Positions 42,556-45,355 of a stretch of 45,355 nucleotides of DNA are shown one piece after another; position 1 is the first letter of the stretch, and every line of letters starts with the position of its first letter. The notes below the pieces were generated by a model, which saw only the letters and a program-made list of their open reading frames with translations, made no database searches and was not told the origin of the DNA. Position numbers and translations under genes: made by a program. Origin of the DNA: Kiritimatiellia bacterium (lineage in GTDB: Bacteria; Verrucomicrobiota; Kiritimatiellia; SS1-B-03-39; UBA6053); NCBI GenBank assembly GCA_029936175.1, contig JAPYUI010000009.1, positions 1,661-47,015 on the forward strand, given 5' to 3'.

Positions 42556-43467
42556 ATGGAATTCTTTACCTCACTCGTAATCGGACTCTTTTTCATCCCG
42601 GTCTTCCTGCTCTTCGCGCGAATCTTCGGCGTTTTTGCCGTGGTCAAAGAATGCGAGGCGCAAGTATTCACCCTGTTTGGAAAGGTGCTCGGGACCCTGG
42701 ACGAGGCCGGGTTGCACGTGCCGCTGTTCAAGTTTGGCCCCCGGGCCATACTCGTGCCGTTTTTCGGGAAGAAATATAAGGTGAACACCTCGCTGCGTCA
42801 GCACTATCTCCGCAGCCAGATGGTGAACTCGGAAGAGGGCACCCCGATGGGGGTCGGCATCTGGTACGAGACGCAGGTCTCGAATCCGGTCGACTACCTT
42901 TTCATCAATTCAAACCCGGATGGGTCACTCGTGGCGAATGTCGCCAGTTCGGCCATCTCCGTGCTGAGCAACCTGGAAATGGAGACCATGCTGGAGAATC
43001 GCCATAGTCTCAGCCGCACCGTTCGCCACGCGGTTTCACCCCTGTCTGAGAAGTGGGGCTATCGCCTGGGCTCGGTCTACATTCGCAAGGTGGAGTTTAC
43101 GGATATCCAGATGGTAAAAAACATCACCGACAAGGTGGTCAAGCGACTGGTCCAGGTGACCAGTGCCATGAAACAGGACGGGGAGAACCGCGTGGGCTTG
43201 ATTCAAAGTGAAACCGCGAACAAGGTATCCAAAAAGATGGCCGAAGCCGCGGCGAAGCGGCCCGAAATCGTGGGTGAAACCTTGAACGCGATCGCCCAGA
43301 AGGATAGCGAGATTCTCGAATCGGTCCTGGATGTTATGGAGACCGAACAACTGTTGAATTCCGGTGCGAATGTGGATGTGGTTCCGAAGAACGCTTCGCT
43401 ACTTATACAGGCGGGCGGGAACAGTTCCGGGTCGACAAGGCCGCCGCCCATAGAGTTCGACCGGTAA
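42556..43467 (+). CDS. SPFH/Band-7 domain membrane protein, second of tandem pair
   Basis: An N-terminal TM segment LVIGLFFIPVFLLFARIFGVF is followed by AVVKECEAQVFTLFGKV. Also present are WGYRLGSVYIRKVEFTD and a helical C-terminus. The start lies 18 nt after the previous stop. Confidence 0.8.
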   Translation: MEFFTSLVIGLFFIPVFLLFARIFGVFAVVKECEAQVFTLFGKVLGTLDEAGLHVPLFKFGPRAILVPFFGKKYKVNTSLRQHYLRSQMVNSEEGTPMGVGIWYETQVSNPVDYLFINSNPDGSLVANVASSAISVLSNLEMETMLENRHSLSRTVRHAVSPLSEKWGYRLGSVYIRKVEFTDIQMVKNITDKVVKRLVQVTSAMKQDGENRVGLIQSETANKVSKKMAEAAAKRPEIVGETLNAIAQKDSEILESVLDVMETEQLLNSGANVDVVPKNASLLIQAGGNSSGSTRPPPIEFDR

Positions 43468-43844
43468 ATCCGGGCAGACCGATCCCATCCTTCATGATCC
43501 GAAGAACGCGCGGATACCCCGTGGCAATGCGCCGTGGAGGTCACCTGGCGATGTCCGGCTGGGAGCCACAAGGGCCCCGAAAGGGCGCCATGCCTCGTGT
43601 TTCTCCGGGCGGCCTGTAGGGTAGCTACCGGTTGATTTTTGGCGTGCATTCAAGCGCTGAAGGCTCCTTTTATCCTTCCTTATTAACCCATCATTGGATC
43701 TTTATCCGGGTCATTGGCCCGCTTCTAGCTGTACTAAGTTACAGGACACGAAGATGTTGCACGGATTGAAGCAAGTGTCATCTCTGCCCGATCGGTAACG
43801 GGCAGGCAATCCTTCGAGAAGCAGTAGCGTGTTCAGGTGAGATA

Positions 43845-44774
43845 ATGAAGCAAACATGCATGGTTACAGGGGCAAACGGCATGCTGGGACAGGCCTTGGT
43901 AGAGGCCTTGCAGCCTGTCTACCAGGTCATCCAGATCCGGCACCAAAGCGAAGCATTCGACGCTGTTCGGGGTACTGGACGAAGCGCGGATGAGAAAATT
44001 TTCGAAGTTGATTTAAGCGACCCTGCGGAATGTCGGAATATGATCGCCATTCACAAACCCGATATCGTGGTGCACGCGGCCGAGTATACCGACCTGGACT
44101 ATTGTGAGTCGATGAGCAGTTCCAGATGGTTGAATATCGAAAGTGCGCGCATGTTGGCTGGCGCGCTACCCCTATCAGGCCGTTTTGTGTTCATCAGCTC
44201 CGACCAGGTATTCGATGGCGCGCGGGGCCCGTATCGTGAAGCGGACAAACGAAACCCGGTCAATACCTATGGCGCACAGAAGGTTGCGGCAGAGGACTTG
44301 GTGAGGATGCGGAAAAATGCATTGATTGTCCGGGTGCCGAAACTGATTGGCCGGGAGCCGGAAGACCAGCCCGGCCTGCTTTCCTCCATGAGGCAGGCGA
44401 TCGACACCCGGGAAAGCGGTAAACTGGATGACGTCTGCCATCATTCCCCAACCTGGAGCGTGGATGTCGCGGCGGCGGTACGTTTTCTTCTCACCCGGGA
44501 TGCGGTTGGGATCTTCCATGCGGCTTGTCCCGATGGAGGCACCTTGTACGACTTGACCCAGCGCCTCGCGAATTTCACCGGGCAATCGCTGGCGCATAAG
44601 AAGCCTTCCTCGGAGATCATCAAGCCGTGCAATGGTGCTCGACGCCCGGTGAACAACCAATTGCTTTCGCAGAAGTTGCTGGAGCTGGGATTTCCGGGGT
44701 TCCACAGCTTTGCGGATACGCTTGTCCTGTTGGCGGACCAGGGCCTGATCCCGGGCGAGCTGGCCGAGCACTGA
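43845..44774 (+). CDS. NAD(P)-dependent SDR, dTDP-4-dehydrorhamnose reductase (RmlD)-like
   Basis: MVTGANGMLGQAL (GxxGxxG), FISSDQVFDG (compare STDYVFDG) and the catalytic YGAQKVAAE (YxxxK). AGGTGAG lies upstream of the ATG. Confidence 0.7.
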   Translation: MKQTCMVTGANGMLGQALVEALQPVYQVIQIRHQSEAFDAVRGTGRSADEKIFEVDLSDPAECRNMIAIHKPDIVVHAAEYTDLDYCESMSSSRWLNIESARMLAGALPLSGRFVFISSDQVFDGARGPYREADKRNPVNTYGAQKVAAEDLVRMRKNALIVRVPKLIGREPEDQPGLLSSMRQAIDTRESGKLDDVCHHSPTWSVDVAAAVRFLLTRDAVGIFHAACPDGGTLYDLTQRLANFTGQSLAHKKPSSEIIKPCNGARRPVNNQLLSQKLLELGFPGFHSFADTLVLLADQGLIPGELAEH

Positions 44775-44905
44775 TGCTTCAGCGAGTCGGTGTCCCTTAA
44801 TTCCGCCCGGAAGCCCGGGATTGACGACCAGGAATTTGGAAGCCGCACCCTTTCATGTGGAGAACCGTCCATCGATAATACTTGAAGCTTTAAGCCGCTT
44901 GAAGA

Positions 44906-45355
44906 ATGATGCCCGGAATGACACTTCCATGGCTGTTTAGATTAACTTTCGGCGGACTCGTGCTCGTCGTCGCGTGTCCCGCGGTTCTCCTGCCCGGTCT
45001 CGATAATAGCCGCCTCGATTCAAGCCTCCAGGGCCGGGTCCTGTTGGATGAACTGAACTGCATTGCCTGCCACGTGAGTCCATCCGGGCTGACTTCAAGT
45101 GCGAATAAGGCGCCACGCCTGGGCGATGTGGGTGCCCGGATCAACCCGGCGTACCTGCAACGTTTCATCCGGGACCCCCATGGGGTCAAACCCGGAACCA
45201 CCATGCCGGATGTCATGGGCCATCTCCCCGTGGAGGCGAAACAACGGGTTGCGGAGGCGATCACCCATTACCTGCTCTCGCTGAAACCGCCCCGCTTCGC
45301 ACCCACCGTGCCTGACGTGGTTGCGGCGGACCGGGGAGAAACGTTATTCCACGCC
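44906..45355 (+). CDS. Cytochrome c domain protein, N-terminal 150 codons (runs off the right edge; not in the supplied ORF track)
   Basis: Manual translation from ATG 44906 is open to nt 45355. It reads MMPGMTLPWLFRLTFGGLVLVVACPAVLL (TM/signal), LDELNCIACH (CxxCH haem site), then INPAYLQRFIRDPHGVKPGTTMPDV ... RGETLFHA. The listed minus-strand ORF 44890..45264 is its shadow. Confidence 0.65.
   Translation, partial: MMPGMTLPWLFRLTFGGLVLVVACPAVLLPGLDNSRLDSSLQGRVLLDELNCIACHVSPSGLTSSANKAPRLGDVGARINPAYLQRFIRDPHGVKPGTTMPDVMGHLPVEAKQRVAEAITHYLLSLKPPRFAPTVPDVVAADRGETLFHA

Noticed and set aside
43729-43744. CTGTactaagttACAG matches the gammaproteobacterial LexA box pattern CTGT-N8-ACAG, upstream of the RmlD-like gene.
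   Set aside because: Only 4-5 bp per arm match, so chance matches are expected in 45 kb. The centre is not the (TA)n of true SOS boxes. The downstream gene is not an SOS function. PVC-type LexA motifs described in the literature differ.

Overview
This is a gene-dense 45.4-kb chromosomal segment with about 40 CDS and moderate-to-high GC. I recognised no rRNA, tRNA, CRISPR array, transposase or integrase. The source is probably a PVC-group bacterium; this is inference only, from tandem DUF1573 paralogs, a planctomycete/verrucomicrobial-style cytochrome c N-terminus and a giant Cys-rich adhesin.

Gene content from left to right:
- A 5'-truncated beta-helix protein is translationally coupled (TAATG) to a 1610-aa secreted adhesin with ten full and one degenerate 82-aa six-cysteine HYR-like modules.
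- Next come a GHMP sugar kinase and a DEAD-box helicase with long basic low-complexity tails.
- A methyltransferase-MBOAT-SGNH/DltD-like trio follows, then a PQQ-type beta-propeller.
- A long minus-strand housekeeping array reads rplM-rpsI | terminator | argJ-argB-argD-argG-dapA-dapB-folK-panB-panC.
- A zinc-ribbon/coiled-coil gene sits next to an 819-aa coiled-coil rod that ends in a MinD-like amphipathic tail.
- One 726-aa ORF fuses LMW-PTP, RpiB and SHMT, directly downstream of tsaC.
- An S41 protease and two tandem DUF1573 paralogs lie divergent from a membrane Hanks kinase.
- These are followed by a HAD hydrolase, gcvT, a UVR-motif protein and a UbiA prenyltransferase.
- A secreted HExxH protein is followed by two SPFH proteins and an RmlD-like reductase.
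- The 5' part of a cytochrome c protein lies at the right edge and is missing from the ORF track.

The best candidates for something new are:
- the triple-enzyme fusion;
- the membrane-tethered coiled-coil pair;
- the DUF1573/S41/kinase envelope module;
- the HExxH/SPFH module.

None of these can be called novel without database searches.
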